Source of the DNA: Amoebidium appalachense | Lineage: Eukaryota > Protista > Ichthyosporea | DNA: 64,000 nt | Direction of reading: 5' to 3' | Assembly: GCA_963693365.1 (NCBI GenBank) | Contig: CAVNZM010000010.1 | Location: forward strand, 1-64,000 | Shown: positions 33,667 through 58,896 of the stretch, piece by piece | Layout of the letters: every line of letters begins with the position of its first letter | Numbering within the stretch: position 1 is the stretch's first letter | Notes under the pieces: generated by a model | The model's input: the letters and a program-made list of their open reading frames with translations, nothing else | Told to the model about the DNA's origin: nothing | Databases searched by the model: none | Program-made: the position numbers and the translations under genes

Positions 33667-34418
33667 GTGAGTGTGACCGAGAGCGGCATGCAAGCCTATA
33701 CAACCACCAATATTACAGAGTCAGTATTGCCTTTTTATGTTGTTTTATATATTTCTTTTAATGATTATTCTTCTTTGTAGTAATAAATAGAACTAATCTT
33801 CTCCTGCTCAGGAAGGCTCAAATGCGTAATTTTGTCCGGTCCGTCCGGATCTGTTAAGCATTGTGATTCGTCCAATATCATGTACTCAGATTAGCACACC
33901 GGTGGACTGCCGTGGTGCCATCTCCCTTTCTGCTGACAGCCGCAAACAAACGCACACAACTATACGCAACTCTAACCTGTAAAGACGTCATATAGCTTTA
34001 CTATTCTCTCCAAGATAAAACTTGCTACTACTATTTGGTTCTTTTGTGGATTTAGGTAAGAGGGTGCGGACGGGTAAAGGGGTTTGCGAAGGCGTGTGAA
34101 AGGGTGTTGTTTAGGTGGTGGACGTTGGGGGGACCGAGGGGACGGGGAGGGATGGGGGAAGGGGAACCATAACACATATATATTGCCTGTCCGATGATCG
34201 GTTTTTTCGTGTCCGTTACACACTGCATTTTCTACTTTTTCGTTATAGTAAAATCTGCTCTCGTGCCTCCTTGTGCTTTTGTGTTTATGTGTTTTTTCCG
34301 TTTCTCTATGCAGTTTTTCTATGTTTTGTTGTTTTATTTTCTTTGTTTTTCGTTGGCGGTTTTCTTTTGTTTTTTTTCTGACAAGCAGCACACTGCTCCC
34401 CTCACAGACACCGCAACC

Positions 34419-46989
<12,571 letters not shown>

Positions 46990-47950
46990 ACCTCCCCTTT
47001 TTCTGTGATAGTTACATGTATTTTGCTTTGCTTTTCCGGGTTTTTTGTTTGTTTGGTATGAAATTTTCCGCATGTGTAATATGTTTGCGATTTCTTGTAT
47101 GTGCGCGAGAGGGATAAAATCCGGCGACAACGGCAGAAACGGGTTTTTGGATGCGGGATATACCCCTGGAGGGATAGATCTTATATTTTGAAAATTTAGC
47201 ATATCTACACTAGATATCCTGGAAATGCATGGATAATAGCAAAGATCTTGCATCATGTGTGTAATTGCACAGAAACGTGTTTGTGTTGTTGAACTGACAC
47301 ACACGCTGCTATTCATTCTATGGGCTATCGATAATAATGTATATCCAATATACTCTATTTGAGATATAACTTGAATTTTGCGGCATAAATGCGAGGCTCT
47401 TGGATGATTTGTTTCGATGCTGGGAACCAAAAATATTATAGCCATTCTTGTGTATCATGTTTCTTTTCTCTATCCACTTATATGCCATCGCAATGCAAAA
47501 TGAACAATATCCTCAACGCAACACTTAATGTTACATGTGCTCATATTTAGCTTGAATTTATGGTGTGACCCTACCGCACGCGCGCAAGTTTTTATGGTGA
47601 TAAAGTCAAGCTCGTATGAGGTTGTCACCAACTCATAACTCACACACCCACTGCTTCGGAACTTCGGCCTTAAAAAAAAAAAAAAAAAAAAAATCCTGCC
47701 ACCCCGGTCATCGAGCTGGCCTGTGCCATTTGAACCTTCCCTGCGGGACCCCCTCTCCCCCCCCCCCCCAACCACAACCACCACCACCAACCCATCCACA
47801 CACGTACACACACGCCGCATTCTAACACAACCGTGCGCGTGCTCACAACACATTAACACATGTAGATATAGCGCATGCACACACGGCCAGCCCGCGCAGG
47901 AACGTGCGTGAACGCACACACACAAATACACACACACATGCACGCGCGTG

Positions 47951-47990
<40 letters not shown>

Positions 47991-48558
47991 TTTAAAAGTG
48001 CTTGATAGTATAACACGCACACACACGTCACGCGGCATGCACACGCCCATTTTCTCACACACATGCATACACACGTGCGCTCACACATGCACTCACACAC
48101 TTGGATCTATTAGAAGATATGTCCGCCCCGTTCATTCGTAACAGTCGCACTACGCGCCGAGTTGAGCGCATTTATAATCAATTACATTTATTTATATAAT
48201 GCATGCATGTAGACACATGTAGGCATGTAGTAATATGATTAGAGGAGGAATATGAAGCACCTGCACCTCTGCTCATGCACATGCATGAACACACATGTAC
48301 ATGTGTGACTGTGTGACGCAAGCACGTGCATTATGTTTTGTATGTGTTACATTGAGTAAATAGTACACGTAGTATTTTCACGTCACCCAATAATAACATT
48401 GTGTTGATCATGATTTGCACACACCACTTCGGATTTTCTACCTACTCGAGCATGCACGTGGCCATAGTATGGCACCACACCATGACAGGTGCATATGGTA
48501 CTGACGAAACCCCAAGCTTTGGCAAATGCTTCCAACGTTCACACACGGTCACTTTCTC

Positions 48559-48619
<61 letters not shown>

Positions 48620-48969
48620 CCCCTGAGCTCTTTCGAGATCTGAGATCTCCTTGCATATGTAGCCGCAATTGCAACACCGGGGGATTCGGCCACATTTGAA
48701 CCCCATCCCCCCCTCCTCGGGCTCTTCCCCCCTCCCCCCCTCCCCCCTCCCCGGGCCCTCTCTCTCTCTCTCTCCCCCCCCCCCCCCCTCCCCCCCTCCC
48801 CCCCCCTTCCCGGCTTGCCCACAAACACGCACACACACACACGGGCACCCTGCCCACTTTCTATATTCGGAAGGTGGAGCTCCGGCACATGTTGCAAAGT
48901 ATGACTGCGGGGCTGCGCATTCACAACATGTTTCGCTCATGGAGTGCTGTGGAGAAGTACACGTGCTTA

Positions 48970-49105
48970 TTTATCATAGTACCATAGTATTTGTTTGTTT
49001 ATCATAGTACCATAGTATTTGTTTGTTTATCATAGTACCATAGTATTTGTTTGTTTATCATAGTACCATAGTATTTGTTTATTTATCATAGTACCATAGT
49101 ATTTG
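48970..49105. repeat. 28-bp tandem repeat, about 4.7 copies
   Basis: Unit atcatagtaccatagtatttgtttgttt. Confidence 0.95.
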
Positions 49106-51266
49106 GTAGTAGTCCCTAAAAAGGGTGCGATCAAACGAGAGGTAGAAAGCACAGCCCATGCCGTATGAGGCCAGGGCCAGGAAGGGGAAGAGAGTGTGAG
49201 TGCGGGTTTGTGTTTAAGTTTTGACGTGTGAAAAAAAAATGTGTAAACACGTCATTGTAGGTAGGGAAAGAGAGAGACAAACCGGGCATGTCATGAATCC
49301 GGGTAGAGATTTGAGACGTGCAAGGAGAGCACAACTGTGCTAATAAGAGAGAATGTGTGTATTTGTGTGTGCACGTGTAAAGAGCTGTGCATTGTTTGTA
49401 TACAAATGACATTTGTATACATGTATGCGCGAGTCAGACACAGGCCCACATATTACATGCTTGTGCGTGTAAATATGTAATTTGCCGGCCAAGGGGGGAA
49501 GGGGGGGGTGGGGGGGGGGGTAGGGCATGCACCTCGTCTCCAGAGTGGAGTCCCGTGACTGTGGTGGTATTCAAGTTATACTTGCGGTGCAAAGTGCAAA
49601 ATAAAACACAAATGTATTCGTGTGGCGGTGTGTGTGTGTTTGGGGGAGGGGTTGTTACAACACGTCCATCGAACTGTCATTGCAGCCACCGAGTTTACTG
49701 GTCCGTGATTGGACCAAAGCCATGTGGGTGGACATGCAGTGCCCTTGCCTTATATGGCAGGTGTGCTTCTAGAAGGTCTAGTGCCCATGTCATGTTGTGC
49801 ATGCACAGCCCTTCGTGGAATAATCGGAAACCAATGCCCAACCGCCCAATCAAAAGGCTGCGTTGACGTGACCAAAGACCAATCAAATCAATGGCAGTGT
49901 CTCTAATCCACCAATAGCATTCAAGATTCCATTCTAGTACACATTCCCATTGGCGTTATGCCGTTCCCCCTACACCCATCACTAACACACACCCATACCC
50001 ACACCGCCCAAGTAACAGAAATATACATAGCAAGGTCTAGGAAAACCTGCACTCCTACATAAATATCACAAGAATCAAATTTCAGCAAAAGACGCGCCAA
50101 AGGCTCCGCCCTCCATCACAGCATTCATCCCCCCAACGAGCATTTGCAGCCAGATACCGGCAGATTAACCATATTAGGAAGTACACGTGAACCACAACAC
50201 CCCATTACCTTAAATAAACTTATAACATTACCCGCCCAACTATCAAACAATATACACGTGTCAAATGGAGTGTCTTGTTTCTCAGTACAGTAAGCCCATT
50301 CACCCGTGTGTGCAAATGTTAACTCCTCACAGACACAATTTAACCCATTCACAAACCTACAAACCAAGCCACTAATCCTAACTTTCAAACATTCTGTCTG
50401 CCACAAATAAGTGGCCTTGTATTAACTTTAGTGTGTGCACGCCTGCCCAACCTTTAACATGTAGCACGGGGGGGGGGGGGAAAGACGAAAAACAGCAGCA
50501 ATAACAACAAAAAAAAAACCCACAAACAGAAATCAATTAAAAGACGGGAGGAAGTAAAAAAACCATCCAATCATACGTAACATGACTCCCTAAACAACCA
50601 AAATAACCGAAATTTCATCCTTGTTCGACAAAACGTGTTGTGTGTGAGCGTAGATTCAAACTCTGTGCATACATAAACGTGAAACGGATTTCTCCCAAAA
50701 CCCACCCAAATTTCCGAAATCTCCTCAAATTTCCTTATCTAGTGGTTGGAAGCGTAGGTCTGCAGGGCCAACTTCTCGAAGTTTGCGGAAAGAGCTGGAA
50801 GGTCATTCCCTACATAGTCCCTCCTGGGCATGACCCCCTGGCCGTTGGGGGCGTTGAGAAGGGCTGCACGTGCAGCAGAGTAGGCCTGAGAGGATGGGTT
50901 GTCCAGACGACCAGCAGCCCTAATATGGAAGGTGGTCAGTGCACGTGCAAAGGGTAGTCAAATTGTACAAAGGGCTATATAATAGAAAATTACTGGCACA
51001 GCTTCCATGGAAACCAGTGCTCATGTTTTAATCTAGGTAATGCATGCTAACGAGCAATTATGAATGTAGAAAATGAGAATAGAGGTAATTGACGCCAGTG
51101 AGCAATTACAAATGGCACAAGGCAAGTGTGGGCAAATCGAGAAACACAGGGATCCATTTCCACAACACAAAGCACCATACACGCACAAGCACCAACTACG
51201 TAAAAAAAGCGTTAGCCCGAAAGATAACACCAACAAACTGAACAGAAAACAGACAAGGGCACACAC

Positions 51267-52532
51267 TTAGTGCTGTGCCCACCTGTAGTGCTGGTGGGCA
51301 TTCATGTTGCTGCCAGACCAAGGCGCCTGCGGCACGGTGGGAGATGACGCCGGCCCAGAGGAGTAAACGGTCTGGGAGGGGGAGAGATGAAGGTGCTGGG
51401 CGGACCATGGCGCCTGTGTGGTGATGGGTGATGGCGTCGACACAGGCGAGTAGTACCAAGGGAGATCGGGCGTGTGCAGGGGACTAGCCTGCCCCGAGGC
51501 CCACGAGTTTGGAGGGGGTCCCTTGAAGGGGGGGTAGGTGGGGTAGCCCTGGGGGGCAGAGTGTTGCTTGGTGGGGTAGCGTTGGTGGTGACCGTTATAA
51601 CGGCCGCGCTGGCTGTCGGGGTGGGGGCCACTGCGCTGCGTGCGGTAGGCGGGGGCCGAGTAGGACTGGCTGAGCGCTGCGTGTTGCTGTGGGCCCTGCG
51701 GGTAGGCCCAGAGGTTGTCGGCAGAGGATGGCCAGGCGTTGTGCGCATCCACGGGCGAGCGCACGGGCCCATCGGGGGTGGATGAAATGACTTCACGCAC
51801 GGTCTTGAGCAGAGAGTGTGTGCGTTGCAGCAGGCTGCCGTCGGGGAGTGACTTGCGGCCCAAAAAGGTCTCCAAACTGGCCACCATGTCTCCCAGAGTG
51901 CACCCATAAAGGCTCTCAAGCAACTCACCGTACTCGCGCGCAACAGCACGACGCGCACAAGCACCCTCAAGCAGTGCAAGGAACTCCCAATACTTGGGCA
52001 CACGCTTGAGCCGTGCCAGGTCCTCCTTGCGAAGACCAAACGCACCAAGACGCTCGGCTGGGCGATCCTTGTCGACCTCCGTGAAGGCTGTTGTGTTGCC
52101 CAAATCCTGAACAGCATAGTCGCGAAGAGACTTTTTAAGCTCCCCGGTGAAAGGAACCGTGTCAACAACAACTTCGGCGTGTGCTGATGCATACATGCCC
52201 GCTGCTTGATCGAACGAGCGAAGGTTTTCCCAAACCTTGCGGTTGTTGCAGTCGTGGATGCCGAGGTCTTCGTTGTCGAGGAGAGAGAGGGGGAAACGCG
52301 TGGACGCAAAGCACGCGCTGAATGAGGCTACATCCCTGTTTGTGAGTGCGTAGAAGAGGGGAACATTGGGGTCTGCGCTAAAAGAAATGTGCTGCGTCTC
52401 TAGACGGCCGTTCGTAACATGCACGCGCCAGGAAAAACGCTCGTCTGGGGTAGGATTGGGGAGTTTGGGCGCGAGAAGGAACTCGCCCACGTCCGAATAG
52501 CGGTAGAGAAACACGTCGTCAGTACCCATCAT
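51267..52532 (-). CDS. Intronless hypothetical protein, 421 aa, with a globular-looking N-terminal region of about 250 aa and a Pro/Gln/Ser/His-rich tail
   Basis: Long GC-rich, non-repetitive ORF (MMGTDDVFLYRY...HQHYRWAQH). The upstream extension in the ORF track looks like UTR. No family recognised. Confidence 0.75.
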   Translation of the reverse strand: MMGTDDVFLYRYSDVGEFLLAPKLPNPTPDERFSWRVHVTNGRLETQHISFSADPNVPLFYALTNRDVASFSACFASTRFPLSLLDNEDLGIHDCNNRKVWENLRSFDQAAGMYASAHAEVVVDTVPFTGELKKSLRDYAVQDLGNTTAFTEVDKDRPAERLGAFGLRKEDLARLKRVPKYWEFLALLEGACARRAVAREYGELLESLYGCTLGDMVASLETFLGRKSLPDGSLLQRTHSLLKTVREVISSTPDGPVRSPVDAHNAWPSSADNLWAYPQGPQQHAALSQSYSAPAYRTQRSGPHPDSQRGRYNGHHQRYPTKQHSAPQGYPTYPPFKGPPPNSWASGQASPLHTPDLPWYYSPVSTPSPITTQAPWSAQHLHLSPSQTVYSSGPASSPTVPQAPWSGSNMNAHQHYRWAQH

Positions 52533-52945
52533 GATGTTTGTGTGCGTGACCTTCGGAAAAAGTATACGGAAAAAAGATAACTCGGAAAGAAAAAAAAAAC
52601 AGAGAAAGACCTTCGCAAAACTATTCGTGCTAATGGTAGCTACGGTGCGCACACAACTACACACCTGCGCCCGTGCGTGTACGCGCACACACGCACACAC
52701 CCTTTTTTGCGACGGGGGAGAGAGGGTGGCAGCACAAAAAAAAACAACGCGGGAGCCTCTCTGCACCATTCGCCCGGAAGCATGTGACTTTCGGGCCATG
52801 ACCCAAAAGAGTTTCGGGTCGGGCTCACGTGCAAAAAAAAAGCCACTAGTCTCACATGCGACCCCTGAGAGCTCGCTCATGTGGTTGGAAAAGCGTAAGA
52901 TTCGAATCTGAAGAGTCACAGTGTACGCTTTTGTATTATTGTTTG

Positions 52946-52995
52946 TTTTTTCGCGCCAATTTGTGCTCACGTGGCCATGGTTGGCGCCAAAAAAA
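52946..52995 (-). promoter_or_regulatory. Paired E2F-like sites and an E-box upstream of the orphan ORF
   Basis: TTTTCGCGCCAA near 52948, CACGTG near 52968 and TTGGCGCCAAAA at 52981. Confidence 0.45.
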
Positions 52996-53123
52996 AAAAA
53001 AAAAAAAAAAAAGAAACGGGGTAGAAACAAAGAGGGAGAGAGAGAATAAAAACATGCATTGAATGAAATAACTCTATGTATACGCGAAAGGGAAGGGAGT
53101 GCAACGGGAGGAGTGTGTACACA

Positions 53124-53525
<402 letters not shown>

Positions 53526-54114
53526 TTCCCCCCCCCCCCCCCCTCCCCCCTTCCCCCCCCCCCGGACTCTCTCTCATCCCCCCATCCCGCTCTTCCCCCT
53601 TCTTCCCACCCCCTACCTCTCTGTTCTTCTCCCTCCAACGTTTTTTTTAACTCCCCCCCCCCCCTTCCATCCTCGCCTCTTCCTCTCTGGTCTCTTCCCC
53701 CCCCACACCCTCTCTCTCCCTCGGGTCTCTCTCTGCCTCTTTCTCTGTCTGTTTCTCCCTCTCAGATCTCTGTCTCTCTCCGCGACTTCCACGCTCGGTT
53801 TCCCCCCCCAACCTCTCCCCGCCACAGGCCTTCTTCCCTTCCCCCCCCCCCCCCCCCCCCCCCACCCCCCTCCCCCCCCTCTTCTCATGATCTCTCTCCC
53901 TCTAACTCTTTCTTAAGCTCTCTCTCTCTCCCTGCCCCTCCGCCCCCCCCCCCCCCCCCCCCCACCACCACCACCTTTTCCTCTCTGCGGTCTCTCTTCT
54001 GTCTCTCTCTCCCTCCCTCAAGATCTCTCCCTCCCTTTCTCTCCCGGTTCCCCCCCTCCCCCCCCCTCTCTCCCCCAAACCCCACCTCCCTCTCTCTCTC
54101 AGACACGAGTGTGG

Positions 54115-54158
<44 letters not shown>

Positions 54159-54419
54159 TTTACTCCGATCCCTCGTCCCTCTAGCCCTCCCCCCCCCCAA
54201 AAAAGAAAACAATAAATAAAAATAAAAATAAAATAAATAAATAAATAAAATAAAAAAGAAGAGGGAAGGAAAAAGAAAGAAAGAAAACAGGCTCTACTTG
54301 TGGTCCCTCACTCTCTCTACCGACCTCAATCTTTCTTTCTCTCTCTCTTCCGCCTTCTCCCTCTACCTCTCCTTTTCTTTTTTTCCCCCCAACAGATCTT
54401 TCTTGCTCTGGTTTCCCGT

Positions 54420-54454
<35 letters not shown>

Positions 54455-54485
54455 GCCCCCTCCGTCCCCTACTACTCTCTCCTGC

Positions 54486-54520
<35 letters not shown>

Positions 54521-55296
54521 TACTTCCTCCCACTCTTTTGTGCGTGTTTGTGTTTTGTATCTGGCACGTCTGGCCCGTGGTGCAAAGTGCAAATGCAATC
54601 ACATTATGGTCGTGTTTTACATTGACAAGCACGTACACCAACATACTCACATACAACTGCCACACTCCTGGCCGCACACGACACTCACACACACGCGCGC
54701 GCGCGCGCACACACAAACCTTTTTCAATAGTAGAGCTGGTTCTGTAGTTGGTGTGTTTTCAGTTCATGTTCACGCCTACATAGTGTTTTGTAACCAAGAT
54801 GCATACGTATCCAAATTGCCTCCTTGAAATGAAGAATCGATGTAGCCAACCAAATAATATCTTTCCATTGATTAAATTCCAGTCACTTTCAGTACGTCCG
54901 GGCCATCTGCCTGCAGATATCAGTAGTGCCCATGGCCATATAGATTGTGGCTCCAAACAATCGTGTTACGTATGTGTCCGTTTTCGTGACTAAGGCCTTT
55001 TTTTACGTGCACATGTAGCAAGCGTCGAAGCATCAACCCCATAACACTTCTCCCCCTTCCCCCACCCCACCCACCCACACAAGCACAAAGAAAACAAGAT
55101 ACTGTCCATGGCGCCCTTGGCTATCACATGTGCCTTTTTCGAAGGCTTTCATGCCACCTCTAAAAGATAACAATATTAACACGGAGTGATTCAGAAAAAC
55201 GTCTACTTTTGCATTCGATAATAGAACTTTGTCAGCTTAACCCTACCCATGACCTCCCTAGGAAGCATCCGAAGTCATTATCGCCAATCAAGGCGG

Positions 55297-55918
55297 TTAC
55301 AGGGGTTCCTTAGCAAATCTGCTACTCGTGCATGCAAGCACTTCCCCCATTAAGGGCACGTCAGGGCATACATACTCCCATGGTACACACAGACAGGCAT
55401 ACATTATCAGTATCTGCTCATGCCTATCACTACATTTTCACATAGGCCTACCGTGCCAACACACACATTCTCACCAATAGCACACTGTCGACACACTCGC
55501 CACAGCAACACAGCCATTACCTTCCCTGTGTCTTTTTCAGCAGGTAGTTGACCTCATATGAGTACACAGTGCTAGTAAACAGAAACTCAAACACCCTCCG
55601 TGAACTACCCCCCAGCCCATCATTCGCCAACTCCCTCACCCCAGGCCCAAACAACTTTTCCGACTCGCCGAGGGACAACGCCACATCCCCACAGATGGCA
55701 GCTGCAAGCAAGTCATCCGTGCAGCCTGTTTTCTTGCACTTTTGCGCTGCAATTTCCAGATATTTCATGATTATGTCGGGCATTTCTCCATGCCTATCCC
55801 CCATGATTACCTCCCGCATGTACTTTACCGCCTTCTCCGGGTGCTGTGCGGCCGGGCCCATGACCTCCTCCATGTGGATTTCACCAAACTCCTGCGTCAG
55901 GGATGCCAGGGCATCGCT
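55297..55918 (-). CDS. 3' exons of an unknown helical protein (55918-55521; tentative terminal exon 55318-55297); upstream exons unresolved
   Basis: A tttgcag acceptor opens a 132-codon frame (SDALASLTQEFGEIHMEEVM...YEVNYLLKKTQG) closed by an ag|gtaatg donor. Confidence 0.55.
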
Positions 55919-56224
55919 CTGCAAACATGAACGTGCGGGTCAATAAAACGGTCGAGCACAAGTAAACTTATGGTAGGCTGAGTGATACTACAGCAGCTAG
56001 AAGGACAAGCACCACTGCAGCAACGCACGGAATCCCCCCCCCCCCCCCCCCCGCTCAAAAAAAAAAGAAATGAAAAAAAAAAGGGGAGGGGGGAAAGCAT
56101 AAAAAAATATCAAACAACCAAACAAGGAAGCTGTAATCAGTTGACTTACAACAAAAGAGCTCCGGCAGTGATAGGCACACCCGGAGGGGGATGGCAGGGA
56201 GGGATGGGGTGGGGGTGAGGGGGA

Positions 56225-56351
56225 AGCGTGATGGAGTACGAAGTACACAAATAACGGACAACACGATGCAAAGTGCAAACCACAAGAGTATGCATAATAA
56301 GCAAGGCCCATCCTCAGGTGCTGCCCGAGTCATCCACAGCAACAGAGTTTC
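56225..56351 (-). mobile_element. Same intronic repeat family, diverged truncated copy
   Basis: gagtacgaagtacac...gagtatgcataataagcaaggcccatcctcagg...gtcatccacag...gagtttc. Confidence 0.78.
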
Positions 56352-57297
56352 TCCCCATTCATTTCGTCCACCTCGGGGAAGGTGGGCAGGAGAGGAGGGG
56401 GGGGGGGGGGGGGGGGGGGCTTGGGGGGGGATGCGTTGTGAGAAAACAAACCAGCTTCCTGCATCTGCATGCCATGGGATGTGTGTATGCAAGTGACTAT
56501 GGTGTGTTTATCGATGGGTCCTTGAAATGCATTTATGTCTGTGCAAGCAGATGAATATGTGCAATTTTTCATGTGGGTGCAGGTGAACAATCGTGTGTGT
56601 GTGTGGTCCATGCTTGTCGTCCTAATGTGCCCTTGTGGTTGATGTGTGTGTGCCGAACGATTATATGTTTACAAAACATGAGAAACACGTTTGCGAAATT
56701 CAAAACAGGTCAAAAGCAGTGTTAGGAAGAGCAGGAGCAAATTCCCACAGTTGCCGAGAACCAAAAAAAAGAAAGCTCAGGGCACATCACTCTCGTGAGC
56801 TGCCTGGGGGTGCGTGAAAGCAAACACCGCAAACAGAGGCGGAGGAATCATCCCAAGAGACAGTTAACAGCACATAGGTGGGCGAGCTGATGGAGCATGC
56901 GCACTTATACAGAAGAAACGAGGTTGATGGGTGTGACGAGGAGAACAAAAGTTGTCCTAGCAGGGAAGGGGGAGGGTACAGAAACCCTTTTAAACGCGGT
57001 TTAAATTTACTGAGTTAAGCAGAATGGAAAAGAAAGCAGAATCTCGAGGGGGAGGGGGTGGGGGGGGGGGGGGGGGGGGGGGGCGGAGGGGGGAGGGGGA
57101 ACACAAACAAACAGGCGAGAGCTGGTGGAGCAACAGTGCGCAAACTTGTCTTTTTGTCCCAGTGAACCAGGACAGGCACTTGAAACAGACAAACAGCCAG
57201 AGCCAAAGATGTTTGTGGGAAAAAAGGAATGAGCTCTGTGTGTTGTCTGTCCGCAAATTTAAGGGGAGCTGGGGTGGGGTGGGGGGAAGGGAGGGGG

Positions 57298-57329
<32 letters not shown>

Positions 57330-58433
57330 AGGGGGGGGGGTAAAGGGGAGGGGGAGGGGGTTTAGCTACCAACCTCTATGGCTTGCAGGTACGCTCTCTT
57401 ATGGAGAGCGTTTTCAGCGCGACAGTGAGCAGAGAAACCACTGCCGTGCTGCGCGAGGAAATCAGCCACACTCAAACCGGCCATGTTTTTGGAAAGTAGA
57501 AACACTGCTATGAGTTCGAGTCTCACTCGAAGAGTCTGGGTTGTGTGTTTTTTGACGTACCAATTGCCTTGGCCTGCCACTCAAGCTGGTTGGTTATTAA
57601 GCTGGCCGATGCGCAATAACATTTGCTTTCACGTCAGGCATTCACCAGCCTTCTTTCTTCTCAAGAGATATATCCTAACAATAGCTTCCTTCGTGACGTG
57701 ACTGAAACACAGGAACGTGCCTGTCTGCGGCACGACCTCGAATGATGGATGTTCTCCCTAGATGTAGCAACCACACCTCAGTACCCCACAGGAATATTTG
57801 TGATTAAGCTGAATCAATAAAAACGTATCGTGCTTGCATTTGTAAAAGGTATTAGATATATGTGTACCGAAAAACAATTAACTAAGCTTCATAATGCTTG
57901 CTACGTTTGTGTTTTATTTCATAGTGATTAGCCTAAGTCAGTTAAATAGGATAAATGAACACCAAACAATACCAGTCAAAAGAAAAAAAATATTTGACTT
58001 TTACACTAGCTGCTACACTAGCTGGCAATGTGAACACTTTAGACTTTTTGTTGAATTCTGTTGGTCGTCACATTGAGTATTTATATGATTTTCACACAGT
58101 GTTCAGGTATCTCAGTATGCACTTGTTACTGGATAACTCGTGAAGTTTTTATTGTCTTCTCAGTATGCCGTGCATACTTGTCATATCTTTCCGTCGAATA
58201 AATCCAGTCAAAAGAAAAATTTGACTTTGTTTCGCATTCGTGGTCCTGAACGTTTAGGGTGACTATTACTGCGTAGGCCACATTCCTGAGATTTTATGTC
58301 ATAAATGCGGTTGGCTCGGAACGCACCCCCGCGCACCCAAAACAAGGAAAGAGGAGAGGGCGGGCCCTCAGAGAGAGAGAGAGAGAGACACTGTGTGTGT
58401 GTGTGTGTGTGAGCGCGCGCGCGCGCGCGCGCG

Positions 58434-58541
<108 letters not shown>

Positions 58542-58613
58542 GGGGGGGGGAGGGGGGGGGGGGGAGAGATAGAGGAGAAGAGATCTAGAGAGCGAGGAAG
58601 GAGAGAGATACTC

Positions 58614-58650
<37 letters not shown>

Positions 58651-58759
58651 GGAGAGAGAGAGAGAGCCTGAGAGAGGGAGAGAGAGAGAGAGATAGGAAG
58701 GAGGGAGAGGGAGGGAGAGGCAGTGGGAGAGGGGGGGAGGATTGGGGGAAGGGGTGCAC

Positions 58760-58896
<137 letters not shown>

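Noticed and set aside
52533-53030. N-terminal extension making the orphan ORF 587 aa
   Set aside because: Non-ATG start with poly-T and repeat content; more plausibly promoter or 5' UTR.
56810-57780. Candidate upstream exons for the 55918-55521 gene
   Set aside because: Splice-like signals exist, but no phase-consistent stop-free chain could be built.
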